DNA from: an uncultured Anaerolineae bacterium
GTDB taxonomy: Bacteria; Chloroflexota; Anaerolineae; CG2-30-64-16
Assembly (NCBI GenBank): GCA_937124585.1
Contig: CAKZKT010000127.1
Coordinates: forward strand, 68,606 to 132,605
DNA: 64,000 nucleotides
Direction: 5' to 3'
Positions 49,255 through 59,376 of this stretch are shown piece by piece. Position numbers and translations under genes: made by a program. The stretch's first letter is position 1. Every line of letters starts with the position of its first letter. Under the pieces are notes generated by a model. It was not told the origin of the DNA. It saw only the letters and a program-made list of their open reading frames with translations, and ran no database searches.

Positions 49255-50619
49255 CTAGTGGCCGTCCAGCTGGGCCAGCGCGGTCACCGCAGGCTTGTAA
49301 TGCGGATTCAGCTCGACGGCACGCTGCCAGGAAGCACGCGCGCCGACGAGGTCACCCCTGGCGCGCTGCGCCATGCCCCGCCAGTAGAACCCCTCCTCGG
49401 TCTGGCGGGCCGTAGCGATCGTATGCTCCGCCAGCGCGATCACATCGTCGTAGCGGCCGATCTCATAGTACGCCTGAAACGGCCCGAACTGATACCAGAG
49501 CATCCGCCACGGCAGGCCGATCCGTCGCGCGCGATCGTAGGCCTGCACTGCTTCCCGGAACCGTCCCAGTGCAACCAGGTTGCTGCCCAGGTTGAACCAG
49601 GCGAACGGGTCATCGGGCCGGAGCTGCACCTCGGCCTGGCTGCGGGCGAGCGCGCGCGACCACATGACTGCCTCGTCGGCATCCTCGCTCAGAATCAGAA
49701 GCACGGCCGGCGCATGCGCTGCATCGTAGAGGACGAGATAAAGCCGATTGAAGACGGCCCACAGCCGCTCTGTCTCATCGTAGGGCAGGCGGATGCCCGT
49801 GTAGGGCTCACCCTTGACGAGACCGCGCGCATCGAACGAGTCGTAGGCGATCCAGTGGCCGGCATCATCGTCATAGCCGGTCAGCAGACGATAGTGGCCC
49901 ATGCCGTCGTTGGGGCGCTCCTCATGCCAGGTCTCGATCAGCACCGGTACGCCGGCTGCGATCAGGCGCTGCAGCCGACGCGCGTCGCCGTTTACCCGCA
50001 CGACGGCCGACAGCCCGCGATTGCGGGCATAGGCAGCCATCTCCTCCAGGCTGACATTCTTGTCGTCCGGATCAGGCCGCAACGCCGCGCCGATCTCGTC
50101 CTGTTTCACGCGCTGCCCGAAATAGCTGAGGTACATGGCCAGGGTGGCCGGACCGCAATTGTTCCAGGTCTGCCACATGTGCGTCACACCGGCGAGCTGC
50201 ACGGCAAACGGCGGCTCACCGGCCGGCCGCGTCGGCCGGCGCGTGGGCGCCGGCGTGATGGTCGGGACGATCGGCCGTTGCGGGAGCAAAGTTGCGATGG
50301 GCGTGAGCGCCGGCGCGGCGGTCGGTGTCGCCACGCCATCGGGTTGCACGGTCGGCGCCGAATCCAGGTCGGGCAAAACCGGCACAAGGGCCGGCAACGT
50401 CGCCGTCAGCGCTTCGGCAAGCGCCGTTTGAGGCGCCAGATCAACGTACGGCAACGGCGTCGGCACGAACTCGGGGTGTGGCCAGAATGCCTTGACCTCC
50501 ACATCGACGCGCCGGCGCAGAGTGGCGACCTCGCTGCATCCGGCACTGCTCAGCACGAGGCCGAGAATTGCCGCAGCCAGGGCCAGCGGCGTCAGGAGAC
50601 GCAGGCGGATGACTCGCAT
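49255..50619 (-). CDS. Lipoprotein with peptidase-C39-like domain and C-terminal TPR repeats
   Basis: Signal peptide plus lipobox (LSSAGC). Pro/Thr-rich linker. Papain-like C39 core (WNNCGPATLAMYLSYFG), then TPR-like repeats. Confidence 0.65.
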   Translation of the reverse strand: MRVIRLRLLTPLALAAAILGLVLSSAGCSEVATLRRRVDVEVKAFWPHPEFVPTPLPYVDLAPQTALAEALTATLPALVPVLPDLDSAPTVQPDGVATPTAAPALTPIATLLPQRPIVPTITPAPTRRPTRPAGEPPFAVQLAGVTHMWQTWNNCGPATLAMYLSYFGQRVKQDEIGAALRPDPDDKNVSLEEMAAYARNRGLSAVVRVNGDARRLQRLIAAGVPVLIETWHEERPNDGMGHYRLLTGYDDDAGHWIAYDSFDARGLVKGEPYTGIRLPYDETERLWAVFNRLYLVLYDAAHAPAVLLILSEDADEAVMWSRALARSQAEVQLRPDDPFAWFNLGSNLVALGRFREAVQAYDRARRIGLPWRMLWYQFGPFQAYYEIGRYDDVIALAEHTIATARQTEEGFYWRGMAQRARGDLVGARASWQRAVELNPHYKPAVTALAQLDGH

Positions 50620-50845
50620 GGTACACGCTCTCGGGCGCACGACCGGCACGGCCGGTCCGAGGCGCTGGCACGAAAAGCCTCATCATCGCCCTACTCGAAT
50701 TCCCATTCGTTGGGATGCAGGGCCCATTTGAAATTGACTCGCGCGCCGGCCGGCTTCGGGACATAGCCCGCCAGCAGCGGATCGATGGCATGGCCGTAAG
50801 GTTGGATGAAACGCCCCATGTCGTGGGTGTGGATGTAGAGAATGT

Positions 50846-52792
50846 TCATGGTCGCTCCCGGCGGATCTCGACCGGGCCGCACGTGATCTGCCCTGTCGCG
50901 CCCGGCGCTTCGAGGATGAGCCGATAGGTGCCCGGCGGCGTGATCGGGTTCATATTGATGTCGTGGTCGCCGCGCACGATCTCGTCGGCTGCCCAGCGCG
51001 TGGTCGGCCACAGGCCGAACGCATCGTTCGCGCGCGCCAGGCTTTCACCCCACACCTGGCCCATCGCGTCTACCACACGGAAACGTGGCCGGAGGTCGCC
51101 GGCCGGCGGGCCGGCGAGCCGCCAGTAGCTCGTCACATGGATCCATGCGCTGGGCGGATGAAACAGATCGTCGCGCGGGCTGAGCGCGGCCGGCCGATAC
51201 AGACATGCCAGCGGCTGGAGGCTGCCCAACGCCGGCCAATCACGGCCGGGCAGCGCGTCTGGCGGCAGCGCGGCCAGGCGATAGCGCTGATTGTAGGCGT
51301 GAATGGCGATGCCAGGCGGGAAAACTTCGGTGATCAACGGATAGCGGGCCGCGAACCAGCCCAGCACCAGGTTGTCGGGGTCGAGATCCTGGTGATGCGA
51401 CTGCACGACCCACACCGCGTCGAATTCGGCCAGCCCGGCCAGCGGCCCGTCCACCTGCTGCACGTCACTGAGCCGATCGGTGAACGGGAAGAAAAGGCCC
51501 TGAGGGCCCCGGAAATAGCGCATGAAAGCCACCCGGACGTAGTCCGCCTGGATCAGGACGGCGTCATTGGGGCCGGCGTGTTCGGCCACGTATGCCGCAG
51601 CCTCGCGCCATGCCTCGCGGCGATTCTGCGGCGTCCAGTCATAGGCCAACGCTGCAGCGGTCACCGCCAGCAGCGCGGCGCTGCCGATCAGCCCGGCCGG
51701 ACGGCGCCACGCAGTCAGCCAGGCCAGCGCCCGGCCCACGGCCAGGCACAGGGCCGGTGCCAGGATGATCTGGTAGCGCGATTCGCCGAAGATGCGCGCG
51801 TTGCGGCCCATGAGCGCGCCGCCGATCAAGATCACCACGGCCAGCCAGAGCACGAGATAGAGGCCGCGACGTTGGCCCCCTCGCCTCGGTGTCGGGACGA
51901 TGCTGCCGAACAATGCCAGGGCGCCGACGCCGATGGTCAACGCGGTCAGCCAGGCCGCGCCCCAGGCCGGCCAGCCGAGGGTGTAGATCCGCAGCATGGA
52001 CGCCAGCACCGGCAGCAGCCCGGCAAAAGGCTGGCCTGGCGGCGATTCGAGGCCGCTCACGCGCCAGGCCGACCAGGCCAGCGGCAGGAAAAGTATGGCG
52101 GCGATGGCCAGACCGAGGACGCTCAACACAAAATCGCGCCGGGCAGTCGGCTGATGGCGCCGCAGCGAGACTGCGATCAGCAGCCAGAGCGCGGCCACGG
52201 GCAGCAGGAAGGCGCTGTACAGATAGCTGTAGAGCGCGGCCGTGAAGCCGAGGCTGAGCTGGAGCAACGGCCCCAGGCCGGACAGTCGGGCTGCGACGCC
52301 GCAGCGCTTGCTCCGCTCGCCATGCTCGCCATGCTCGCCGTGCGCCAGCCGGCCGAGGCCATCAAGGCCGATCAGCGCAAACGCCGTCGCCGGCATGAAC
52401 ATGCGCGCCTCCTGGCTGTACCAGACCAGGAACGGGTTCACCGCCAGCAGGAGCGCAGCGAATGCGCCGGCCCGCCGGCCGCCCAGCCGTCGGCCGATGG
52501 CGTAAGCCGGCAGCACGGCCAGCGCGCCGATGAGAACGCCCAGCGAGCGCACGCCCCAATCATCTCCGCCGACCAGCCGCGTCCAGAGGTGCAGCAGGAG
52601 ATAGTAGAGCGGCGGATGTTTGTCCTGGACAAGCGCCATGCCGACGCGCCAGATCTCATCGGTCGGCTGCGCGGCCCAGAAGGTGCTCACCGCCTCATCG
52701 AACCACAGGCTATGATACGTCAGCCCGAAAAAACGCACGCCGAGCGCCAGGAGCAGAATCCAGCCCAGCGGATGGCGAAGGATTCGCCTCAT
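50846..52792 (-). CDS. Glycosyltransferase family 39 (ArnT/PMT-like membrane glycosyltransferase)
   Basis: Start MRRILRHPLGWILLL with a GAGGTG RBS. N-terminal GT-C motif region (FDE...HPPLYYLL), polytopic. Contains an (HGE)n Gly/His/Glu-rich loop. Confidence 0.7.
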   Translation of the reverse strand: MRRILRHPLGWILLLALGVRFFGLTYHSLWFDEAVSTFWAAQPTDEIWRVGMALVQDKHPPLYYLLLHLWTRLVGGDDWGVRSLGVLIGALAVLPAYAIGRRLGGRRAGAFAALLLAVNPFLVWYSQEARMFMPATAFALIGLDGLGRLAHGEHGEHGERSKRCGVAARLSGLGPLLQLSLGFTAALYSYLYSAFLLPVAALWLLIAVSLRRHQPTARRDFVLSVLGLAIAAILFLPLAWSAWRVSGLESPPGQPFAGLLPVLASMLRIYTLGWPAWGAAWLTALTIGVGALALFGSIVPTPRRGGQRRGLYLVLWLAVVILIGGALMGRNARIFGESRYQIILAPALCLAVGRALAWLTAWRRPAGLIGSAALLAVTAAALAYDWTPQNRREAWREAAAYVAEHAGPNDAVLIQADYVRVAFMRYFRGPQGLFFPFTDRLSDVQQVDGPLAGLAEFDAVWVVQSHHQDLDPDNLVLGWFAARYPLITEVFPPGIAIHAYNQRYRLAALPPDALPGRDWPALGSLQPLACLYRPAALSPRDDLFHPPSAWIHVTSYWRLAGPPAGDLRPRFRVVDAMGQVWGESLARANDAFGLWPTTRWAADEIVRGDHDINMNPITPPGTYRLILEAPGATGQITCGPVEIRRERP

Positions 52793-52799
52793 CGCACGC

Positions 52800-54764
52800 T
52801 CACCTCGTCTGAAGCAGCGCCATTTCCCAGGAAACGGTGGGGAATTCCGTGATGCGCAGATTGGTGCACCCATACGGGATCAGCCGCAGCTTCTCCAGCG
52901 GGCCGGTCAACGGGAGCGGGCCGGCCGGCGGGTCGGCCGCTGAGCCCTCCTCCATGCCCCATTCCGGCACGCGGCAGCCCCACACGGTGGCCGAGACAGG
53001 CGCGCCGTCCGGCGAGAAGGGACAATCGCGCAGCGGATGTTCGGTGAAGATGATGTCGCGTTCCACGGTGGCTGGTGAAACCGCCAGCGCCATGTTCCAC
53101 GGCGTCGTCGGGTAGACTTCCCAATCGGCGTGCGGCAGCTCGCGATGCGGCAGGTCCTCGTTCACCCGGCGCCACTCCTCGCCGATGGCCAGCGCATAGA
53201 CCAGGGGGCCGCGCGCCACGGCCACCGCGTTGTTGTAACCCGCCAGCAAGACGGGCCGCGCGGGCAGGGTCAGAATGAGCCCGGTCGTCCCGGCCCAAAT
53301 GCGCTCAATGCGCTGGAACGTGCCCGGCCGGACCTGCATCGCGGGCTCGTCGGCGACCTGGAGGTGCGCGTCGGCCGCCCACGCCGGGATGCGCAGGAGG
53401 AGCGGGAAGCGCACGGGGCGCTCTGTCGTCACCGTGAAATGCAGGAGCTGACGGAACGGGTATTCGGTCTCTAACACGACGCGGACGGGGACGCCGTCCA
53501 GCTCCACCGCGACAGCGCTCGGCGCGTAGGCGACGGCAGCCAGCCCACCGTCTGCGGTGCGCATCCAGAGGTGTGCGGCGAACTTGGGCCAGCCCTGGCT
53601 CAGATTGGCCGTGCAACAGCCGTAGTTGGGCTCCAGCCCGAAGATGTTGGACTCCGGGCCGTTGCTGTTCCACGGTCGGCCGGGCCGGATGCTGCATTCG
53701 ACCTGGTTCACCTGCTGGTCGTACTGGTGCGCCCACATGTCGGGCGAGAAGGTGGCCGGCAACGCGTTGAAGGCCACTTTTTCCAGCCGGTCGCCGAAAG
53801 CCGGGTCGCCGAGGACGCTCAGCAGGATTTCGAGCGCATACATGAATTCGACCACCGCGCACAGTTCGGTGCCTTGGGTCGGCCGTTTGCCGGCCAGGCA
53901 CTCGTCGCCGGTGAACATGCCGGTCACCATGCCGTGATTGCGATCGAGTTTGGCGATCATGTCGGTCGCCGCTGCCCGATCTGCTGCTTCGCCGGTCAGC
54001 CGCCACCAGAGCGCCGGCGCCTTGACCGCCATCGCGTTGTTGACCACATGGCCCATATACGTCCAGCGGCCTCGCGGCGTCGGCGCGGCGAGTGGCCACC
54101 GACGGAAAAACTCGCTCCAGTGAAAGCCCTGGGCATGGAGCTTGATGGCAAGGTCCCTCAGCCACGCCGTGTTGCCCTCTGCCTCCTGATCCCCGATCCT
54201 CGCTTCCCGCTCCCACAGCCAGTAGATGCTGATCAATGCCTCGAACCAGCGAAACTGCGCCCAGTTGAACAGCGGCGCGCGCTCGATATGCCGCTCGATG
54301 CGTCGCAGGCAGCGCTCGATGGCCGGCGCTACGCGCGGGTCATCGGTGGCGTCGCCGTATTGCGTCAACGCCTTCAGGATCAGGAAAAGCGCCCACAGGT
54401 CGTAGTGCTGCAGCGGCGTCGGGCTCTGGCCGGCCGTCCAGACCATCTGGATGGGGCCGAGCCAGCCATCCTCGGCCTGGTGAGAGAGGATGTAGTCCAC
54501 ATAGCGGTGGACTTTGGCCTTCAGGCCGGGGTCATCCAGCAGGAAAGCCAGTGGGATGACGCCGTCCAGCCAGTAGGGAGCGCGCTCCCAGCCCTCGGCC
54601 TGGCCGCCGAACCAGCGACTGTCCCGGATATCGGGCCAGAATTCGTCGAGGTGGCCGCTCAGGCCGTCGGCCTGGATGCGCAGCTGGCGGGCCAGCCAGC
54701 CCAGCGGCTTGATGCTGCCCAGAGGTAACAGCCGGAAAGCAGGTTGATGTAGAATTTGATTCAT
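52800..54764 (-). CDS. Glycoside hydrolase family 127 (DUF1680; beta-L-arabinofuranosidase-like)
   Basis: 654 aa. The GH127 Cys-Cys zinc/catalytic signature (NYGCCTANLSQGW) and the family-typical N-terminal region are present. Confidence 0.75.
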   Translation of the reverse strand: MNQILHQPAFRLLPLGSIKPLGWLARQLRIQADGLSGHLDEFWPDIRDSRWFGGQAEGWERAPYWLDGVIPLAFLLDDPGLKAKVHRYVDYILSHQAEDGWLGPIQMVWTAGQSPTPLQHYDLWALFLILKALTQYGDATDDPRVAPAIERCLRRIERHIERAPLFNWAQFRWFEALISIYWLWEREARIGDQEAEGNTAWLRDLAIKLHAQGFHWSEFFRRWPLAAPTPRGRWTYMGHVVNNAMAVKAPALWWRLTGEAADRAAATDMIAKLDRNHGMVTGMFTGDECLAGKRPTQGTELCAVVEFMYALEILLSVLGDPAFGDRLEKVAFNALPATFSPDMWAHQYDQQVNQVECSIRPGRPWNSNGPESNIFGLEPNYGCCTANLSQGWPKFAAHLWMRTADGGLAAVAYAPSAVAVELDGVPVRVVLETEYPFRQLLHFTVTTERPVRFPLLLRIPAWAADAHLQVADEPAMQVRPGTFQRIERIWAGTTGLILTLPARPVLLAGYNNAVAVARGPLVYALAIGEEWRRVNEDLPHRELPHADWEVYPTTPWNMALAVSPATVERDIIFTEHPLRDCPFSPDGAPVSATVWGCRVPEWGMEEGSAADPPAGPLPLTGPLEKLRLIPYGCTNLRITEFPTVSWEMALLQTR

Positions 54765-55555
54765 CTGCCCAGTTGCCGCAATACACTCAAAGCAGCCGCC
54801 GCATCTTCCCGGAAGTTATCGGTCTGCGCCTCGATGCTCATGCGGCCCTGGTAGCCGATGGCCTTGAGGTTGGCAAAGAAGGGCAGGAAGCCCGGCTCGA
54901 TGCGAACGGGGTAGGTGCGCGCCGGCACGGTCGAGATATGGGTGTGGCGAATGGCATCACCTGCTTCGAGCACGATGTCGGCCGATTCGCCTTCGAGCGC
55001 CATGTGGTAGTAATCAATCAGCAGTTGCACGCTCGGCCGATTGATCGCGCGCATCAGTTTCAGGCCCTCGGCGCCGGTCAACACGATGTTGGCCTCTTTC
55101 CGGTTTAACGGCTCGATGACGATGGTGATGCCGTGCTCGGCTGCGATGGGCGCCGCGATGTGCATGGCGTGCACGATCTGCGCCCATGCCTGGTCATAGG
55201 GGAAGCCCTCCGGCACGTTTTTGGCGCCCGCGCTGCCGAAGACGATGACCTGCGCGCCCAGGCGCGCCGCGCGGCCGATGGCCAGGCGATCGTAGGCCTC
55301 CACCTGCGCCCAATCCACATCCGGCCCGGTGAGCCGCACGGTGCGCGGGTAGAAAATGCAACAGGCCTCGCAGGGGATGCCGGCGCGGCGCAGGCGCTCC
55401 ACCACGGCCTCGAATTCGGCTTCGGACAGGGCGGTCAGGGGAGCCAGGGACAATTCCACGTAATCGTAGCCCAGCTCGGCGAGCAGCTCGATGTTCGGAA
55501 CCGGCGCGCCATCGGGCGTGCGCGCCAATGCATCTACCCAACAGCCGTATCTCAT
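54761..55555 (-). CDS. Sugar phosphate isomerase/epimerase (xylose-isomerase-like TIM barrel)
   Basis: Start MRYGCWVDALA with a GAGAGGA RBS; the 48 upstream codons are junk. AP_endonuc_2-like fold pattern. ATGA-type overlap with GH127. Confidence 0.7.
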   Translation of the reverse strand: MRYGCWVDALARTPDGAPVPNIELLAELGYDYVELSLAPLTALSEAEFEAVVERLRRAGIPCEACCIFYPRTVRLTGPDVDWAQVEAYDRLAIGRAARLGAQVIVFGSAGAKNVPEGFPYDQAWAQIVHAMHIAAPIAAEHGITIVIEPLNRKEANIVLTGAEGLKLMRAINRPSVQLLIDYYHMALEGESADIVLEAGDAIRHTHISTVPARTYPVRIEPGFLPFFANLKAIGYQGRMSIEAQTDNFREDAAAALSVLRQLGR

Positions 55556-55574
55556 GACAGGTATCCTCTCGATA

Positions 55575-56489
55575 TCATGCGCGCTGCTCGCCGGAAGCCG
55601 CTCGGGCCTCCACGCCGGCCAATGTCTCCAACACCGTGATGACTGCCGTATGATCCAGTTCGCCTTTGCCGGCAACCAGGAGCGCGGCGAACAGCTCATG
55701 CACCAGGCTCGTCACCGGCAGAGGCACGCCGTAGTCGTTGCCGGTTTTCAAGATGATGTTCAGGTCTTTGAAATGGAAGCGTGCCTTAAAGCCGGGCTTG
55801 AAGTCGCCCTGGATCACCTTCGGGCCGCGCACGTCGGCCACGCGCGACTGGGCATAGCCGCCGCTCAGCACCTTGTGGATGATGGCCGGATCCACGCCGG
55901 CTTTGGCGCCGAGCACCAGCGCCTCGGCCATGCCGACGATGTTGAGCGCCACCTGGATCTGATTACAGGCTTTGACGATCTGGCCGGCGCCATTCGCCCC
56001 GCACAGGGTGATTGTCTTGCCCAGCTTCTCGAAGATCGGCAGCATGGCCTCGAAGTCGGCCTGGCTGCCGCCGACCATGATCGAGAGGGTCGCGTTGATG
56101 GCGCCGACTTCACCGCCACTGACAGGCGCATCCAGGCAGCGCACCCCTTTTTCGGCCAGCGTGCGCGCGACTTTCACCGCCACGGTGGGCGCGATGGTGC
56201 TCATGTCGGCATAGAGCGTTCCGGGCCGCACGCCTTCGATCAGCCCGGCCGGGCCCAGTGCCACCGCCTCCACATCGGGCGAGTCGGGCAGCATCGTGAT
56301 GATCACGTCGCTGGCCGCGGCCACCTCCTGCGGCGAAAACGCTTCCCGGCCGCCTGCGGCCGCGACGGCCGCGACCGTCTGCCGGTTCACATCGTGCACG
56401 ATGAGCGGATAGCCGGCCCGCAACAGATGGCCGGCCATGGGCCGCCCCATGATCCCCAGGCCAATGAATCCGATCACAGGTTGCGTCAT
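55575..56489 (-). CDS. NAD(P)-dependent 3-hydroxyacid dehydrogenase (GarR/MmsB/2-hydroxy-3-oxopropionate reductase family)
   Basis: Start MTQPVIGFIGLGIMG with an AGGAG RBS. NAD_binding_2 domain plus the C-terminal 6PGDH-like domain. Confidence 0.8.
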   Translation of the reverse strand: MTQPVIGFIGLGIMGRPMAGHLLRAGYPLIVHDVNRQTVAAVAAAGGREAFSPQEVAAASDVIITMLPDSPDVEAVALGPAGLIEGVRPGTLYADMSTIAPTVAVKVARTLAEKGVRCLDAPVSGGEVGAINATLSIMVGGSQADFEAMLPIFEKLGKTITLCGANGAGQIVKACNQIQVALNIVGMAEALVLGAKAGVDPAIIHKVLSGGYAQSRVADVRGPKVIQGDFKPGFKARFHFKDLNIILKTGNDYGVPLPVTSLVHELFAALLVAGKGELDHTAVITVLETLAGVEARAASGEQRA

Positions 56490-56668
56490 GGTGATCTCCT
56501 GTCCTCGTGGAGTGGTGTTCAGTGGGTTATGCTGTCCGGCCGCGCCGCGGCCAGGCACGGCCGTAAGTTTAGCACAGATGGGTGTTTTGGGGAAATGGCT
56601 TCTCAGGGCCGGCGGCGATTCGGGTTGAGACCCTTCGGGTTGGCCACGAACCCGCGTCGGCATGACCG

Positions 56669-57829
56669 TCAGTCTTCCGCTGGCGATGTCGGCATTTCGC
56701 CCGGCCGGCGATCAAACAACGCATCTTCTCCGCGCCAGAGCGCCAGACGGCCCGCGCCCGTGTAAAGCAAAGGGATCGTCGAGATAAGCAACACGCTGTG
56801 CCAGGCCACAAAACCGCTCCAGACGACCGCCACACAAACAGCGATTAACAGGCCGATGGCGCCCAGGCGGACGCCTGCGCCGACCAGCAGGCCGAGCGCG
56901 GCCATCGCTGCCAGGACGCCGGTCAGCCAGACGACGGCGCCGGGCGTGGCTGTGTGCCACAGGCCCGGCGCCAACACGGAGAGCGCCACACCGCCGCCCA
57001 TCAAGCGCAAGAACGGCGGGAGCCACATCCAGGCGCGCTGACGCAGGCGGCGATATTGCCGATAGCGTGGCGTATCGTGACGCAAGACGCCGCTGACCGC
57101 GAGCCAGTCTCGGCCGAAACCGACCAGGATCGGCGCGGCGAAGAGGGCGCCCGCCAATGCGGTGAGCGGCGGGCCGAAGATCGGCCAGAGCGCCACGCAA
57201 AAGAAGGCCATCTGGAAGCCGGCTGCCAGCCGCCGGGTATTGCTGGCCGGCAGATCATAGACCGGCAGACCGCGACGCTGTCGCCACATGATGCCGGCCA
57301 CGAACAGATAGCGCGCCAGGCCCAGGCCGATGAGCCACCAGGGAACCTTGCCCAGCCGCACGGCCAGCGCGCTGACGGCCAGCATCGCCAGCGAATCGTA
57401 CTCCATGTCCAGGATGCTGCCCAGCACGGTAACGCGGCCCGTGGCACGCGCCAGCGCGCCGTCGAGGAAATCGGGCAGCACGCCCAATGCGTAGAGGAGG
57501 GCCGGCGCCCAGGCCAGGTGCGCGTCCAGCGGCAACGGCGCGGCCAGAAAGCCGGCGAACGCGGCAATGCCCAACCCGCGGCCCAGGGTGATCAGATTGC
57601 CCGGCCCCAGATCGGCCAGCAGCGGCCGTCCAGCCTCAGCGGGCCGATAATTGGCCCCGAGATGGCGCCGAAAGAGGCTCAACTGCACGGCCAGCGCGAC
57701 GACCGTCAGCCCGACCCAGCCGAACACCGCCCGAACCGGCCAGATGCGGCTCAACGCGTAGCCTCCGCCGACGACGAGCATAAACGAGAGTGCAGTAAGC
57801 ACCCACCAGCGGCGTTGAAGTCCGGCCAC
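56669..57829 (-). CDS. CDP-alcohol phosphatidyltransferase family membrane protein
   Basis: D(x)2DG(x)2AR...G(x)3D motif (PDFLDGALARATGRVTVLGSILDMEYD). Polytopic. Confidence 0.75.
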   Translation of the reverse strand: MAGLQRRWWVLTALSFMLVVGGGYALSRIWPVRAVFGWVGLTVVALAVQLSLFRRHLGANYRPAEAGRPLLADLGPGNLITLGRGLGIAAFAGFLAAPLPLDAHLAWAPALLYALGVLPDFLDGALARATGRVTVLGSILDMEYDSLAMLAVSALAVRLGKVPWWLIGLGLARYLFVAGIMWRQRRGLPVYDLPASNTRRLAAGFQMAFFCVALWPIFGPPLTALAGALFAAPILVGFGRDWLAVSGVLRHDTPRYRQYRRLRQRAWMWLPPFLRLMGGGVALSVLAPGLWHTATPGAVVWLTGVLAAMAALGLLVGAGVRLGAIGLLIAVCVAVVWSGFVAWHSVLLISTIPLLYTGAGRLALWRGEDALFDRRPGEMPTSPAED

Positions 57830-57866
57830 GCGGGCTCCTCTATGTCATGCTCTGAGAATTGCCGGG

Positions 57867-58598
57867 TTATCGCGAGCTGCCCGGCGCCGCCAGGCGCGCC
57901 AACGCGACGTTGAAATCGGCCGGACAGGGTGCCTCCAACGTCAACGGGGCACTGCTGGCCGGGTGAACGATGGTGAGCGCACGCGCGTGCAGCCCCAATC
58001 GAGCCAGGGGAGCGTCATCGGTCAACAGGCGGCGTAGCACGGCGCCGGCCTCGCCCTGCAGACGGCCTCCCTGGCCGGCATACAGCAGGTCGCCGACGAT
58101 CGGCAGCCCTTCTGCAGCCAGATGCGCCCGAATCTGATGAGGCCGGCCGGTCAGAGGTCGGGCCTCCACCAGCGAGTACGCGGCGAAGCGCATCAGCACA
58201 CGGCAGCGGGTGACCGATGGTTTGCCGCGCGCCACATCCACCACTGTGCGGTGACGGCGGTCGCCATCGGGCCGCAGGGGCAGGTCAATCGTGTGCTCAT
58301 CCCATGTCGGCCGGCCAACGACCAACGCATGGTAGATTTTGGCCGTCTGGTGTGCAGCGAATTGCGCGTTGAGCGTCCGATGCGCCTCGGCCGTGCGCGC
58401 GAAAAGAAGCACCCCACTGGTTTCCTTGTCCAGCCGATGCACGACCCACAACCGGCCGAACACCTGTTGCAGCAGGGCGATCAGACTGGGCGCGTCGCCG
58501 CGGTAGCCGTCGGGCAGAGTAGGCAGGCCGGCAGGCTTGTTGACGGCCAGCAGCAGCTCATCGCAGTGCAACACCCAATCGCGCGGATCACCAGCCAT
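57867..58598 (-). CDS. RluA-family pseudouridine synthase
   Basis: Catalytic HRLDKETSG motif. Confidence 0.85.
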   Translation of the reverse strand: MAGDPRDWVLHCDELLLAVNKPAGLPTLPDGYRGDAPSLIALLQQVFGRLWVVHRLDKETSGVLLFARTAEAHRTLNAQFAAHQTAKIYHALVVGRPTWDEHTIDLPLRPDGDRRHRTVVDVARGKPSVTRCRVLMRFAAYSLVEARPLTGRPHQIRAHLAAEGLPIVGDLLYAGQGGRLQGEAGAVLRRLLTDDAPLARLGLHARALTIVHPASSAPLTLEAPCPADFNVALARLAAPGSSR

Positions 58599-58610
58599 GC
58601 GCGGCCTGGT

Positions 58611-58934
58611 TCAGGCTTCGTCTTTCGACAGCTTGATCGTCACATCGGCGGGCAAGGCCAGCCCGGCCTCGATCTCGATCGCCTTGATCACACCTGACGG
58701 CACGGGGCAGGCCGGATGGGTCAGGCATTGCGGCGCCACCTGCAGCGTGATGGGGCCGCCGCGGCGCCAGGTGAACTCGCGCAGGGGGTCCACCTCTTTG
58801 AGCTGCTCGGCAAACTTCATCACGCCTTTGCATTCGCTTTGGATGTCCAGGTGAACGGTGCCGTCTTCGTTTTTGCGCGCAATGACCGTCGTCGTGAAAC
58901 CGCAAATGCCTGCGTGGATTTCAGCTTTGGCCAT
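58611..58934 (-). CDS. Hypothetical small protein (107 aa, four Cys)
   Basis: GAGGGAC RBS 6 nt upstream of the ATG. Immediately upstream of rluA. No recognisable family. Confidence 0.45.
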   Translation of the reverse strand: MAKAEIHAGICGFTTTVIARKNEDGTVHLDIQSECKGVMKFAEQLKEVDPLREFTWRRGGPITLQVAPQCLTHPACPVPSGVIKAIEIEAGLALPADVTIKLSKDEA

Positions 58935-59081
58935 GAATTGTCCCTCGGGAAGAAAGTCGCCGACAGATGAGGCGCGTGACGCGCTGGAGCGATCCTGTCA
59001 TGAGTCAGAAGTTTGGCGGTAAACACGAAACCCCACAGAGCATGTTCTGTGGGGTTCCAAACTCATTTGAACATCGGCAGT

Positions 59082-59157
<76 letters not shown>

Positions 59158-59376
59158 TAGCGATTATTTATTATAGTGTAATCTCTGCGAAACGCAAAAT
59201 CCAAGGCATACGATCGTCATCCGTCGTTCGTTGCTGTCTGCATCCTGGCCGATAAGTTGTTTGCGGCGCCAGAGCAGCCCGTCGGACGCCGGGATGTGAT
59301 CGCACCAAAAAAACAGGCACCGATGTCGCCGTTGACATCGGCGCCCGCCGCAAAAGTCGGCCGCCGTCCGACTCGT

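Noticed and set aside
58611-58934. Assigning a function (ferredoxin/thioredoxin-like) to the 107-aa four-Cys protein
   Set aside because: The Cys spacing does not match CxxC or Fe-S signatures I can verify; left as hypothetical.
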